This document shows positions 1 to 9,640 of a stretch of 64,000 bases of DNA, in pieces. The position numbers and the translations under genes are program-made. The stretch is from assembly GCA_000004985.1 (NCBI GenBank), contig GG738870.1. One strand, written 5' to 3'. The number at the start of each line of letters is the position of its first letter. The first letter of the stretch is position 1. Below the pieces are notes generated by a model, which did no database searches, was not told the DNA's origin, and saw only the letters and a program-made list of their open reading frames with translations. Source of the DNA: Naegleria gruberi. Lineage: Eukaryota.

Positions 1-879
1 AGTGATGACGATAAATCTAAGGATGTAGAACTTGACGAAAAAGAAAATGAGATTGGTGACAACTTTGTTTTTTCACGTTCCTCCATGCTTTTACTTTCTG
101 ATGCAGCTGATATGACAACCAAATGTACCGACTATATCAATTATGAACTTGAGAAGAAGGGATTGTCTATTGAGTTAACATCTGAAGAGCAAGAAATTAT
201 TGATCTAGCAGTGTATAACATTGTTACTGAATCCAAAAAACCAAACTTTGTCAAAACTCCAGTTGCCTCAACCAGAAAACCGCACAAAAAATTCCTTAAA
301 TTTTCTGCAGACAATATTAACTCATCAATAACTGTCAATGATTCAGGAGAGTCAATCAAAAAAGGTTTATTGAAGAAAGGACCTGGACTTGATGTTTATG
401 AAATCGTTTGTGCTGCTAAACTTGACAAAATTAATGAGGATGATATCAAGAAAGAATGCGAAGGCAATCACATGCTTGGCGAAGTAGAATATAGTGACAG
501 TGAAGACGAACCAAAGGGTGTTAATTTGAGATCTGATAATACTGGCCTTAAATCTATTTTGGGTTTAATTGAAAATGGTGCAGCATCAACTCTAAAATCT
601 AATGAATCTCTATTCAGTGCTAACATTGAAAAGGTTTTGGAAATGTATTCCTTAAAGAGGAAATCTATTACAAAAGACGTCAAGCTTTTTGAAAAACTTA
701 AACCTGCAAACTTGTACACCACAACTGGTGAACCAAGAGTTGAGCCATCACCAAAAAAGAAATCTTCACCAAAACGATCAGCTCCAGAACCTAAGAAAAA
801 GGAAGATGATCAAAAATCTAAAAAGAGAAAATTTGATGTGTTAAAGAAATATAACACCAGAAATGGAAGTAAAGATTAA
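1..879 (+). CDS. hypothetical Lys/Ser-rich protein, 5'-partial (the frame is open from window base 1)
   Basis: ORF 85..879 continues upstream in the same frame to position 1 with no stop. The C-terminus is KK/SPKK-rich and looks like a nuclear localisation signal. No recognisable domain. Confidence 0.4.
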   Translation, partial: SDDDKSKDVELDEKENEIGDNFVFSRSSMLLLSDAADMTTKCTDYINYELEKKGLSIELTSEEQEIIDLAVYNIVTESKKPNFVKTPVASTRKPHKKFLKFSADNINSSITVNDSGESIKKGLLKKGPGLDVYEIVCAAKLDKINEDDIKKECEGNHMLGEVEYSDSEDEPKGVNLRSDNTGLKSILGLIENGAASTLKSNESLFSANIEKVLEMYSLKRKSITKDVKLFEKLKPANLYTTTGEPRVEPSPKKKSSPKRSAPEPKKKEDDQKSKKRKFDVLKKYNTRNGSKD

Positions 880-987
880 TTTATTGTAATATGGTGATAT
901 GATTTTCATAGGCTTGCTTCAAAATTCGAATTTCTCTCGATTCTCACCTACAAGAAAGACCAAATTTCATTCTTAAAAAAACTTATC

Positions 988-1404
988 ATGCCTCCTGCAA
1001 AGAGAACATCACGGAGGTTCGAAGTTTCTTCCTCTTCAAATAAGAAAACAAGCCTTGGAAAGAATCAGAAGAAACAAGCAATTACTGCACCATCTTCTCC
1101 ACCTCTCAATAGACCGAAAAGGTCCATCGAAAGAGTAAATTATGAGTTTCACAAGGGTGTTCCTTCTGATGATTCAACAGATTCAGATTATGAAGAAGAA
1201 TCTGATGAATCATCAGACCACTATCCATCATCATGCACTCGGATAACTAAGTCTTCTAATACTGGTTCCAATAGTAAAAGGAAGAAGAGAAATTCTGTTA
1301 CTTCCAGTGATGAAAGGGAAATTATCATTATTTCATCTAGTGATGAATCAGATCAAGAATCAAAAACTCTCACAAGTAAAAATCCAGAAGAAGAATCTGA
1401 ATAA
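988..1404 (+). CDS. hypothetical small acidic Ser-rich protein (CK2-site and SIM-like IIIISSSDESD tail)
   Basis: Single ORF of 138 aa with the local codon usage. Low complexity, no domain recognised. Confidence 0.3.
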   Translation: MPPAKRTSRRFEVSSSSNKKTSLGKNQKKQAITAPSSPPLNRPKRSIERVNYEFHKGVPSDDSTDSDYEEESDESSDHYPSSCTRITKSSNTGSNSKRKKRNSVTSSDEREIIIISSSDESDQESKTLTSKNPEEESE

Positions 1405-1449
1405 GAATTGAGGAGGAAGATTACAGTTTAGAATAAAGGGAAGTTTGAT

Positions 1450-2448
1450 TTATTGTGTAAATATTTGCTTGTAATTTCTCTTGAGCTTATCCAAAAACGA
1501 AGAACTTTCTTTACCACATGGATTGACCGAGATACAAAATTCATTCAGTTTTTGTTCTGATGTTTCAATATTTCGTTTTGTGTCCATAATAAGGACATCA
1601 CCATTTTGAAGTACATCTCCGATTCGCTTTGAAATATCCAAAGTAGAAATTCCATTATTAATTTTGTAAATGGAGAGTCTATCTTCTGGGGCAGTATTGA
1701 GATTATTATTTACATTCTTTATCTTTGCATAATCTGCCAAAATATCTAGTGTTTTACCAATTGACCACATTTTGCTTAATTTCATTGGTATTCCATTTGG
1801 TTGATTAAGTGTTAAATATACAGTTGTTTTGATGGAATCTGCATCATCTAGTGTCTTATTTTTCAATGGTACAATATATGTAGAAGGAAGAGAGGCATTA
1901 CTTGAGGACGTATTACCTGTCGATGAAGATTTGACAGCTGGGATATTACTGAGCTTTGAATTATTTACATTGGTTCTTTCTTGATGAAGTTTCTTTAAAA
2001 GAGCATTTGGTTCCTTTTTCTTTTCAATTTTGATTTCCTTATGTTGATGTTTGTGAGTACATTGATGATCATCAGCATGTCTATGATCTGAACAGAATGA
2101 TTTCAAACATAAGTTACAATTGACCATTTGATCCTCTTTACAATCATGAAATGCACAACAATTCTTTACACTCTCAACTTTACAACCATTTCTAATATGT
2201 CTCTCAATGACAATATTATTATCCTCATGTGGGAATCTCTTTGGCACAAGAGCCTGACACAAAGGACAGGTAGGAATGTGAGACTTTTTCAATTCCTCAT
2301 CAATATTATAAACACACTGATGGGAGGCACATTCACGATGTTCCGAACAAAAATGTTTCTTACAATGAGTACAAGTGAAGGGTAAAAAGTCTTTTTGTCT
2401 ACAAGTCTCCACACAACAATGTTTGCCAAGGTCAAAGAATTCAGTCAT
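1450..2448 (-). CDS. ZFAND1: AN1-type zinc finger protein, ZFAND1/Cuz1-like (two AN1 fingers plus a C-terminal ubiquitin-like domain)
   Basis: Two C-x2-C-x9-12-C-x2-C-x4-C-x2-H-x5-H-x-C AN1 motifs (CCVETCRQKDFLPFTCTHCKKHFCSEHRECASHQC and CCAFHDCKEDQMVNCNLCLKSFCSDHRHADDHQC). The C-terminal about 90 aa is ubiquitin-like. Confidence 0.65.
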   Translation of the reverse strand: MTEFFDLGKHCCVETCRQKDFLPFTCTHCKKHFCSEHRECASHQCVYNIDEELKKSHIPTCPLCQALVPKRFPHEDNNIVIERHIRNGCKVESVKNCCAFHDCKEDQMVNCNLCLKSFCSDHRHADDHQCTHKHQHKEIKIEKKKEPNALLKKLHQERTNVNNSKLSNIPAVKSSSTGNTSSSNASLPSTYIVPLKNKTLDDADSIKTTVYLTLNQPNGIPMKLSKMWSIGKTLDILADYAKIKNVNNNLNTAPEDRLSIYKINNGISTLDISKRIGDVLQNGDVLIMDTKRNIETSEQKLNEFCISVNPCGKESSSFLDKLKRNYKQIFTQ

Positions 2449-2880
2449 TTCTTTTTGTTTTTAAATTCCTGAAAAACAACGCTGTTTGATGTTCTATTAA
2501 TACATAATTAATTTTCTCAACGTTTCCTTGTTGCCTTACAAGTTGAACAGGTAACAAACATTTAAAAATAGAATTTGTGTTCCACTTCCGAAACAACAAA
2601 AAATGATTTGTGCTAGCGCTATTACACTTCCGAAGTCAATAATTTGTGCGTGCTTGAGTTTTGCATTTGGATTGAATGAGGAGGAATTGAGAATTGTGGA
2701 TGGCTTTCATATCGTCTATTGTTTACACTGAATTGTTCAATAAACATTTAAGATATTATTCCTTAAAAGGTTCAAAAAAACATTTATATTTGAAGAATTG
2801 ACTTTTTCAATTCTTTCCAATTTCTTATAAATTTACCTTCTCTGCTTCTTTCATAATCCAATAACAAATTTGAAACAAAA

Positions 2881-3274
2881 ATGAAAAGAACTTGTTTGGT
2901 AGCGCTCTTCTTCTTCCTTGGCTTATTATCTTTTGCATTGGGACAATACAATAATGCATATGGAGGTGCCTATGGATACAATGGAGGTGCTGGTAAGTGC
3001 TTTTAAGATTTTCGATTAATTGATTCAAAATCATGTAATTTTAATGAGATTAGGTTCAAACTATGGAGTGGCAGGTGGAAATTACAATCAATATGCACAA
3101 AATACTCAAGCTTATTCTAATCAAATAAGTGCAATTTCCTATAATCCATATAGTAGTTATGGTTCTTATTATAATGGACCATACAGTTATGGTAATAATT
3201 ATGGTTCTGCCTATTCAATGCCTTATTATGGAGTCCCATACTATGGAGGATACTATCCATATAGATATTGGTAA
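2881..3274 (+). CDS. small secreted Gly/Tyr/Asn-rich low-complexity protein; exons 2881..2992 and 3054..3274
   Basis: The ATG is followed by a hydrophobic signal peptide (MKRTCLVALFFFLGLLSFALG). GTAAGT donor at 2993, YAG acceptor at 3051-3053, phase 1. The frame continues as GSNYGVAGGNYNQY...YYPYRYW. Confidence 0.5.
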
Positions 3275-3372
3275 ATAATTCGTGATTTGAATAAATGTTG
3301 TGTGTGAATATTTTGTAAACGATTAAATTCTCAAAAAAAATGCTCAACAAGTAAAGAATAACCAATCGGATC

Positions 3373-4526
3373 ATGCAACAAGACAAAGATAACAAGAAAG
3401 ATAATCAACAACCAATTGATTTTCAAAAAATTAGAGAAAAAATTGATGAAATTCCGCAAGATGTTTTCTATCAAGTGAATGATGATATTGATGAAGATTT
3501 AATTAGGAAAAAAATTGAAAAGGACGCTGAACAAATTGCTAATCAGAAAATTAAATTAATGTTAAAGAAATTGGAGGAAATTCAATTTGATTCAATTAAA
3601 AAGTATTATAAGGAAAAACCAATTTTAGAAGAGGAAAGAAGAAGAGCAGAGTTGGAAAAACAACAAGAATTATTTTACAAACAAGAGAGAGAAAGGTTAC
3701 TAAAACAACAAGAGGAAGAGGAAAAGAAAAAAAATGAAGAGTTGAAGATAAAAAAGGAGAAGGATTTTATGCATTACAAGAATTATATTGATAATCTTCA
3801 TGATGAAATTGGCAGGTTAACAAGTAATATTATTGAAAATCCAACAGCTCCTTCGCTGATTGACCTGTATGATAAAAAGAATGATCACCCCTTTACTGCC
3901 CAAATACTGCATCAATTTGAAATGGAAGGAATTATTGAAAATCCTACACTCAAACAAGAGCAGGATGATGATAGTATAATCAACTCTAGATTTGCTGAAC
4001 AAAAAAGAAGAGAGGCAATGTTATTGAACCATTCTGAAGAAACTGCCCAAAAGAAGGAAGAAAGAGAAATTGATCTTAATCCTCTCAAGCAGACTTTGTA
4101 AGTTTTCAATTTTACAAATTTAATATTGAAAATTATTTCAGAAGCAAGTATGGCATTAAGGGTTTGAACGAATATTTAGATAAGACAATTGAAGAGAAAA
4201 CCAGAGCGTTCAAATTAGCAGAAGAAGAAATGCGAATGAATGAACTTCTTTTCATATTGAACATGTTGAAGGGTGGAAAAAAATTGAATAAGAATTGGAT
4301 TTCACAAGTTTCTTCAAATAGTGAAACATGGATAGAATTCTTTTCTAAAAATTATCAATCCAAAGAGGAGAAATTAATTTCTACAAATCTAGTGCCAGAA
4401 CAAGATCAAACGATATTGAGTCAGGAGCAACTAGCGTCCCAAAAAGAAAAAAGAATGTACCAATTCAATAACCCCCTATTCACAGAGGAGAGCGTGACTA
4501 ATTTTGTTAGGGCTTCAAAATTATAA
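3373..4526 (+). CDS. E/K-rich coiled-coil protein; exons 3373..4097 and 4142..4526
   Basis: GTAAGT donor at 4098 and CAG acceptor at 4139-4141, phase 2, join ORF 3373..4101 to ORF 4164..4526 in frame. Heptad-rich sequence, no domain recognised. Confidence 0.5.
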
Positions 4527-4580
4527 AGGAAAGTGTATTAAGAAAACCATACCATTGATGCATCAATTATCTCAATATGA

Positions 4581-4651
4581 AGGGAGATAGTTCAGTGGTA
4601 GAACATGGGATTGTGGTTCCTAAGATCAGGGTTCGATTCCCTGTCTTCCTA
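4581..4651 (+). tRNA. tRNA-His (anticodon GTG)
   Basis: Cloverleaf by hand: acceptor AGGGAGA/TCTTCCT, D-stem GTTC/GAAC, anticodon stem TGGGA/TCCTA, loop TTGTGGT (GTG at 4613-4615), T-arm CAGGG-TTCGATT-CCCTG. Followed by a T5 run. Confidence 0.85.
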
Positions 4652-4655
4652 CACC

Positions 4656-4660
4656 TTTTT
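4656..4660 (+). terminator. Pol III T-run terminator downstream of tRNA-His
   Basis: TTTTT sits 4 nt after the tRNA 3' end. Confidence 0.5.
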
Positions 4661-5482
4661 AACAGCGTAATTTTGAATATGGTTGGTAAATAAGATTTGC
4701 TTGAATACTTAGTTGCGTCTAGACTACATTAACCACAAATTGTTTTTATTGGTCCAAAATCAAGTTTGACTAATCTTTATAATAAATTCACAGATACTGT
4801 AACTCATTCCTATCTTGATTCTTCAGAATTAGTAAATATAGGTTCTCTCTTATTGTACTTTATATTAATTAGATTGTAAAATGAGATAAAACAATTTTGC
4901 CAATTTTCTTTCTTCATTGACTAGGATTACTCGTCTGTTACGTTATTAATAAAATTTAGACCAATAACGGTTCCAAACTAATTAACTATCTGAATACATG
5001 TTCCTTTTATCTGCATAGACCTATAGCCAATGAATATATCAAACAACTAACAAACGAAGACCTTAACATCTCCATTCTAATCCAACTCAAATTGTTGAAT
5101 GCTTCAAAAAAGAACAACTTGAAAAGATAACAGTAACAAAACAACTACTTGATGTTTAACCTTTTCATTGTAAAGTCTTTCATCAAACAACAAATAGATG
5201 TGAAAGTTGATAATCAACAATCAATACCTCACTTTTTTTTAAAATTCTTTAGTGGTGATTTTTTAAAATATCCAAAAATGAACCCGATTAACCGCTTGTG
5301 GCCTCTATCAAATTTTTTAGGCGCCATCTCGAACAAATAAGTCACTGACAAAGGAGGTTGTGCCATCAAATTCGCCTTATAAAGCTCTTATTAAGTTTGT
5401 TAGAATTTGTTGAGGTAAAATTTGATTCTTTAGTTTGATCCAAGAAGCTTGTTGAAGTACGTCCCCGTTGTTGTAATTCACT

Positions 5483-5489
5483 ATAAAAC
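5483..5489 (+). promoter_or_regulatory. putative TATA box (TATAAAA) about 57 bp upstream of the ATG at 5547
   Basis: TATAAAA in an A-rich leader. The downstream gene shows strong codon bias suggesting high expression. Confidence 0.3.
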
Positions 5490-5546
5490 GCTACTGGTTA
5501 GCTTCTAAAAAAAAGCACACAACAACAACAAATATAAACCTTAACA

Positions 5547-6524
5547 ATGCACAACAACTCTATTCACGAATATTTCCACGGTGTTCAATTGGCCGAATTG
5601 ATTCCTGCTGGTCAAAAGCTCGTCGTCTTGAAGGAAGATGAAACCCTCCAAGAAGTTGTTAATCAATTGTCTACCCACCATCTCTTGGCTGCTCCCGTTG
5701 TTGATAAGCAAGGAAAGTTGGTCGGTATGCTCTCAATGCTCGACATTGTTCAATTCATTGTTGCTTCCTCACCAGAAAATGTTGATTTCAAGAATTGGCA
5801 AGAACTCGAAATCTCAGGAAGATGTATTAACTTGCAAACTGTTAAGCACGTTATGGGATTCTCTGCTAGAGATCAATACATGCCATTGAAGAGCAATCTC
5901 CCAGCCACTATGGCTATTGAATTGTTCGCCAAGGGTGTCCACAGAGCTATTGTAGAAGAAGACGTCACCACTGATAAATATATTGGTACTTTGTCTCAAA
6001 CTGATATCCTCAAGAGATTGGCTGAACACCTCCACATGGGTAAGATGAAGCAATTGGGTGAACAATTGGTTAAGGATTTAGGTTTGGGTTTGGCTAAGCC
6101 AGTTACCATTGACGGAAGTGAAAATGTTTTGCACGCCATGAAGGAATTGGCTAAGGCTAATGTTTCTGCTCTCCCAGTTGTTGATCACCACGGTCACTTA
6201 GTTGGTAACTTCTCTGCTTCCGATTTGAGAGGTTTCTACTTGGACAGAATTCCACACTTTGAACTTACCACTCGTACCTTCTTGGAAAAGTACTCACCAA
6301 AGTCTTTGGTTCCATTCTTTGTTGAATTGGATGGTTTGAAGTTTGTTGATTTGGTCAAGAAGTTGACTCACCCAGAAATTCATGATGTTATCCACTCTCA
6401 AACTGTTAAGGTTGACCATTCCATGCACAGAGTTTGGGTTGTTTCTGATGAAAGAAAGGTTGTTGGTGTTATCACTCTCACTGATATCATGAAGGTTATT
6501 ATTGACCATGTTGAAATGGACTAA
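5547..6524 (+). CDS. CBS-domain protein, AMPK gamma-subunit (Snf4)-like
   Basis: Four CBS-like segments. LAELIPAGQKLVVL...LLAAPVVDKQGKLVGMLSMLDIVQFI parallels AMPK-gamma CYDLIPTSSKLVVF...VRAAPLWD...FVGMLTITDFINIL. ALPVVDHHGHLVG and HRVWVVSDERKVVGVITLTDIM parallel the C-terminal CBS pair. Single exon. Confidence 0.55.
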   Translation: MHNNSIHEYFHGVQLAELIPAGQKLVVLKEDETLQEVVNQLSTHHLLAAPVVDKQGKLVGMLSMLDIVQFIVASSPENVDFKNWQELEISGRCINLQTVKHVMGFSARDQYMPLKSNLPATMAIELFAKGVHRAIVEEDVTTDKYIGTLSQTDILKRLAEHLHMGKMKQLGEQLVKDLGLGLAKPVTIDGSENVLHAMKELAKANVSALPVVDHHGHLVGNFSASDLRGFYLDRIPHFELTTRTFLEKYSPKSLVPFFVELDGLKFVDLVKKLTHPEIHDVIHSQTVKVDHSMHRVWVVSDERKVVGVITLTDIMKVIIDHVEMD

Positions 6525-6667
6525 ATTAATTATTCTAACTTATTGGTGGAATTTATTTTACTAAATTATCGAGAAATTTTACCTTAATAAAAATAAAAAA
6601 AATTCATAAAATAGTAATTTGGAACAAATTTTGCAGAGCTGGTTGATACAAGTTTTTGATTTGACAT

Positions 6668-8227
6668 TTAATGTACTAACTGTATTTTAAATTTCACAAT
6701 TCCATCATAATCAATATTGACCAGTTTGATTCTCAATTTCTTTTCTCCAATTCTATGATAGAAAATTCTATCCTCAAACAATTCTACAGATGGACTAATT
6801 TCTCCAAATAATTGAAGAACTCTATTGGATGCATCCTTTCTTACTTGTATGTCAGCTTCAATGCTTTCAAACACCTGATCACATCCGGCAGCCAATACTT
6901 CTAAAGTAACATTTTTTAGATGAGGAATACCTTCGAATAGTTGTGTGAGAGTAAGCTCTTCTAATTCAGAGTCAAGAAGGTACAAAGTTTCAAGATTTGG
7001 AAACTTTTTGTTTGCCAATTCAACAAATCCTTGCTCAACATTTTCATCATTGTCCCGTTCTTCCTCTTCTTGATGTTCCTCGTCCTCAGCTTCATTCTTA
7101 ATGTAGCCAAATCTTGCCCATGTTAATCCTTTAAGTTTAGGGAATAATTCTTTTAAAACTCCATCATCATCACAGCCACTAAACTCATCAAAATTGAAAT
7201 CAAACTTTTTAAGTTTTGTCAACTTGTCAAGATCTAATAAGTGTTCACCATAAGGTAACCCGTCAAATAGGTTAAGAGACTCAAGGCTATGTAGTTGATT
7301 AGTAATAATTGGAAGATTATCTGATTCATTCAAATAACGCTCTCCAAAAGTGAGGTCACTAAGTTTTTTACAATGTTCTACAAGTCCTAAAAACACAGCA
7401 TTTTCATATGCCATGCAATATCCCATTTTCAACTTTCTCAAATTTGGTGCATGCTTGAATAAACTCACTAGTGTAGTAGAACTAAATGATTCATTTCCAC
7501 TAACAACATCAAAATATTCCAAATTTTCTAGAATAGGGAAAGAATCTCCAATTTCATATTCGCCTAAATCAATTCTAAGTTTCTTTAATTTGGGCATGCC
7601 AGTAAAAATACAATCTAAAATCTTGTTTGGAAATAGACTACCAAAGATTAATATTTCCAATTCTTTCAATCTAGAGATCCATTCAGTAAAAACATCCAAT
7701 TGTTCTTCATCCCTTAAAAAAACAATAAATGAATTTGCCAATCTCAATTCTTTCAACCCATCAAAAACACCAGAACTAATACATCTCTTGAAAAATTCAC
7801 TTGTTAATTCGAAACTCAATGACTCATTATATTCATCAATAGAGCCCAAATGCAAAACTTTACATCCATTCTTTGGTGAAACATTGATAATGTAATCGAG
7901 CAATCTATTCAAATAATCCCTATCGAACTTTCTAATTTTGAGAAAGGAACTTGTAGGATACCCATCTTTCACTGCAATGCTAACTCTTTCATAAACTAAA
8001 CTCTTTCCTTCACCACCTCCCAAAATATTGTAAAACATTTTACAAACTGGCATTACATTTGGCAGCAATTCCCTAGTTGCTTCAAGATATGTAAACACAT
8101 GAGCCCAAACATCAGAAACAATCCTTCCAACAGGTTCATGATTAGATTTCAACATGATCAACGATTCCGACTTGTAAGTTTTGCTGATCTTGTTATTTTC
8201 TTCAATAGTTTCAAGTTGTCGTTTCAT
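6668..8227 (-). CDS. F-box / leucine-rich-repeat protein
   Basis: N-terminal F-box-like motif (VWAHVFTYLEATRELLPNVMPVCKMFYNIL) followed by about 14 irregular LxxLxLxxC/N LRR units. Single exon. Confidence 0.55.
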   Translation of the reverse strand: MKRQLETIEENNKISKTYKSESLIMLKSNHEPVGRIVSDVWAHVFTYLEATRELLPNVMPVCKMFYNILGGGEGKSLVYERVSIAVKDGYPTSSFLKIRKFDRDYLNRLLDYIINVSPKNGCKVLHLGSIDEYNESLSFELTSEFFKRCISSGVFDGLKELRLANSFIVFLRDEEQLDVFTEWISRLKELEILIFGSLFPNKILDCIFTGMPKLKKLRIDLGEYEIGDSFPILENLEYFDVVSGNESFSSTTLVSLFKHAPNLRKLKMGYCMAYENAVFLGLVEHCKKLSDLTFGERYLNESDNLPIITNQLHSLESLNLFDGLPYGEHLLDLDKLTKLKKFDFNFDEFSGCDDDGVLKELFPKLKGLTWARFGYIKNEAEDEEHQEEEERDNDENVEQGFVELANKKFPNLETLYLLDSELEELTLTQLFEGIPHLKNVTLEVLAAGCDQVFESIEADIQVRKDASNRVLQLFGEISPSVELFEDRIFYHRIGEKKLRIKLVNIDYDGIVKFKIQLVH

Positions 8228-8469
8228 TTTTTTTGGGTTTGTGTTTTCAAAATAATTTTGGCGCCAAACAATAAAACTAACTCCGACGGTAAACTGATTT
8301 TAACGTGTTACCTCTTGGAGTAATCCAATTATTCAATGATTTTCAAAGAACATAACACTTGAAAGTGTTGAAATTGGAATCAAATGGCTCATCATACAAC
8401 TGTGTTATTGTAAAGTATTACCACACAAAGAAGCTCTTCAATTTTGATATTTAATTTTTAATCAAAAAA

Positions 8470-9261
8470 ATGTCTCGTAGCTGCCACACACGTCTCGCCC
8501 ACAAACAAATGCTCAACGATTTGATCGACGATATAAAAAACGTTTTCGAAAGTGATTTAATTGTACAAGTTAGCGAAGCTCTTGGAGGTGCTCTATTTTT
8601 CTATCTCGATAAAAAGAATTCTAAATTTCACCTCTCACTATCCTATTCCTTCTCTGGTATGCAAAAATTTCATGTCTTTTCCTTCCAAGTAATTCACAAA
8701 AATGTACAGGATAGACAATTAGTAATTTCTATTCATTTACAAAAAGGAAAAAATATTTCAGAGCAGTCAACTCTGTTTATTGGAAGAGGAGAAAAGAATT
8801 CTAAAAAGATTTATCTAGTTAAGATTGAACCTTCTTTTAGTAGTTTGTCGTTGGCTAAATTGAATAAGAAACTTTTCACACCATTCGGAAGAAAGAGGAA
8901 ATTGGATGCTTTTGATAATGTGAAAGCTAAATTCCTAATGATTAACATGAATCTTTTTCTTGTGGAGGAGGAAAATCATGCTATACAGGAGGAATGCACA
9001 TATATTATGAATAATCACTGGGGATACTGTGGTCTAAATGATTTATATTCATATTCAAGTCTACAATTCCAATATTGTGTTTTTAATAGAGAAAATTACT
9101 ATGTGAAAGGTAGTGTCACTAAATCTGTAGATGGTCATAAGAGATTTGGTTTTAACAAAATACCTTCCACAGCAAAATGTGATCGATGGAGAAGATTGGT
9201 AAAGCCAGAGAATGATTCGGAAACTAGATGGACTAAATCTGTTGGATTTTATTGCGAATGA
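8470..9261 (+). CDS. hypothetical protein (possible optional 105-nt in-frame intron 8657..8761)
   Basis: Continuous 263-aa ORF. A GTATGC...TTTCAG segment of 105 nt could be spliced without changing frame. No domain recognised. Confidence 0.35.
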   Translation: MSRSCHTRLAHKQMLNDLIDDIKNVFESDLIVQVSEALGGALFFYLDKKNSKFHLSLSYSFSGMQKFHVFSFQVIHKNVQDRQLVISIHLQKGKNISEQSTLFIGRGEKNSKKIYLVKIEPSFSSLSLAKLNKKLFTPFGRKRKLDAFDNVKAKFLMINMNLFLVEEENHAIQEECTYIMNNHWGYCGLNDLYSYSSLQFQYCVFNRENYYVKGSVTKSVDGHKRFGFNKIPSTAKCDRWRRLVKPENDSETRWTKSVGFYCE

Positions 9262-9398
9262 ATTTTCATTTCAATTTCTCTTGAGAAATATGTGGCAGAA
9301 GTTACATAAAGATTGTCCTTATAATAAAAATCGAGTGGACAGAGAGAAGTGCCACACTTTGTGGTTAATGTAGTCTTGATCTTATTTACCAAGCTGTC

Positions 9399-9404
9399 AA
9401 AAAA
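9399..9404 (-). terminator. Pol III T-run terminator for the minus-strand tRNA-His
   Basis: T6 on the minus strand immediately 3' of the tRNA. Confidence 0.45.
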
Positions 9405-9408
9405 GGTG

Positions 9409-9479
9409 TAGGAAGACAGGGAATCGAACCCTGATCTTAGGAACCACAATCCCATGTTCTACCACTGAACTATCTCCCT
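9409..9479 (-). tRNA. tRNA-His (GTG), second copy, inverted relative to 4581..4651
   Basis: Reverse complement is identical over 71 nt to the copy at 4581..4651. An A6 run at 9399-9404 is a T6 terminator on the minus strand. Confidence 0.85.
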
Positions 9480-9640
9480 TCATGTTATAGAGAATCCAAG
9501 CCAAGCATTGATGATAATAAAATAATGATTAAAAATAGATTCGAAAAAAATTATTCATACAAGACGAAGATCACATACAAAAAATTACCGTCATCAAGAT
9601 AATATTTAGGGCTGAATAATTATTAACTTAAATTTTAACA

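Noticed and set aside
141-722. Minus-strand ORFs 141..359 and 468..722 overlapping the first plus-strand gene
   Set aside because: They are antisense to a longer ORF that has consistent codon usage, and have no features of their own. Typical spurious ORFs.
8657-8761. Possible 105-nt intron in the hypothetical gene 8470..9261
   Set aside because: Not rejected outright. The segment has donor and acceptor signals and is AT-rich, but it keeps the frame open, so splicing cannot be decided from sequence. It is reported only as optional.
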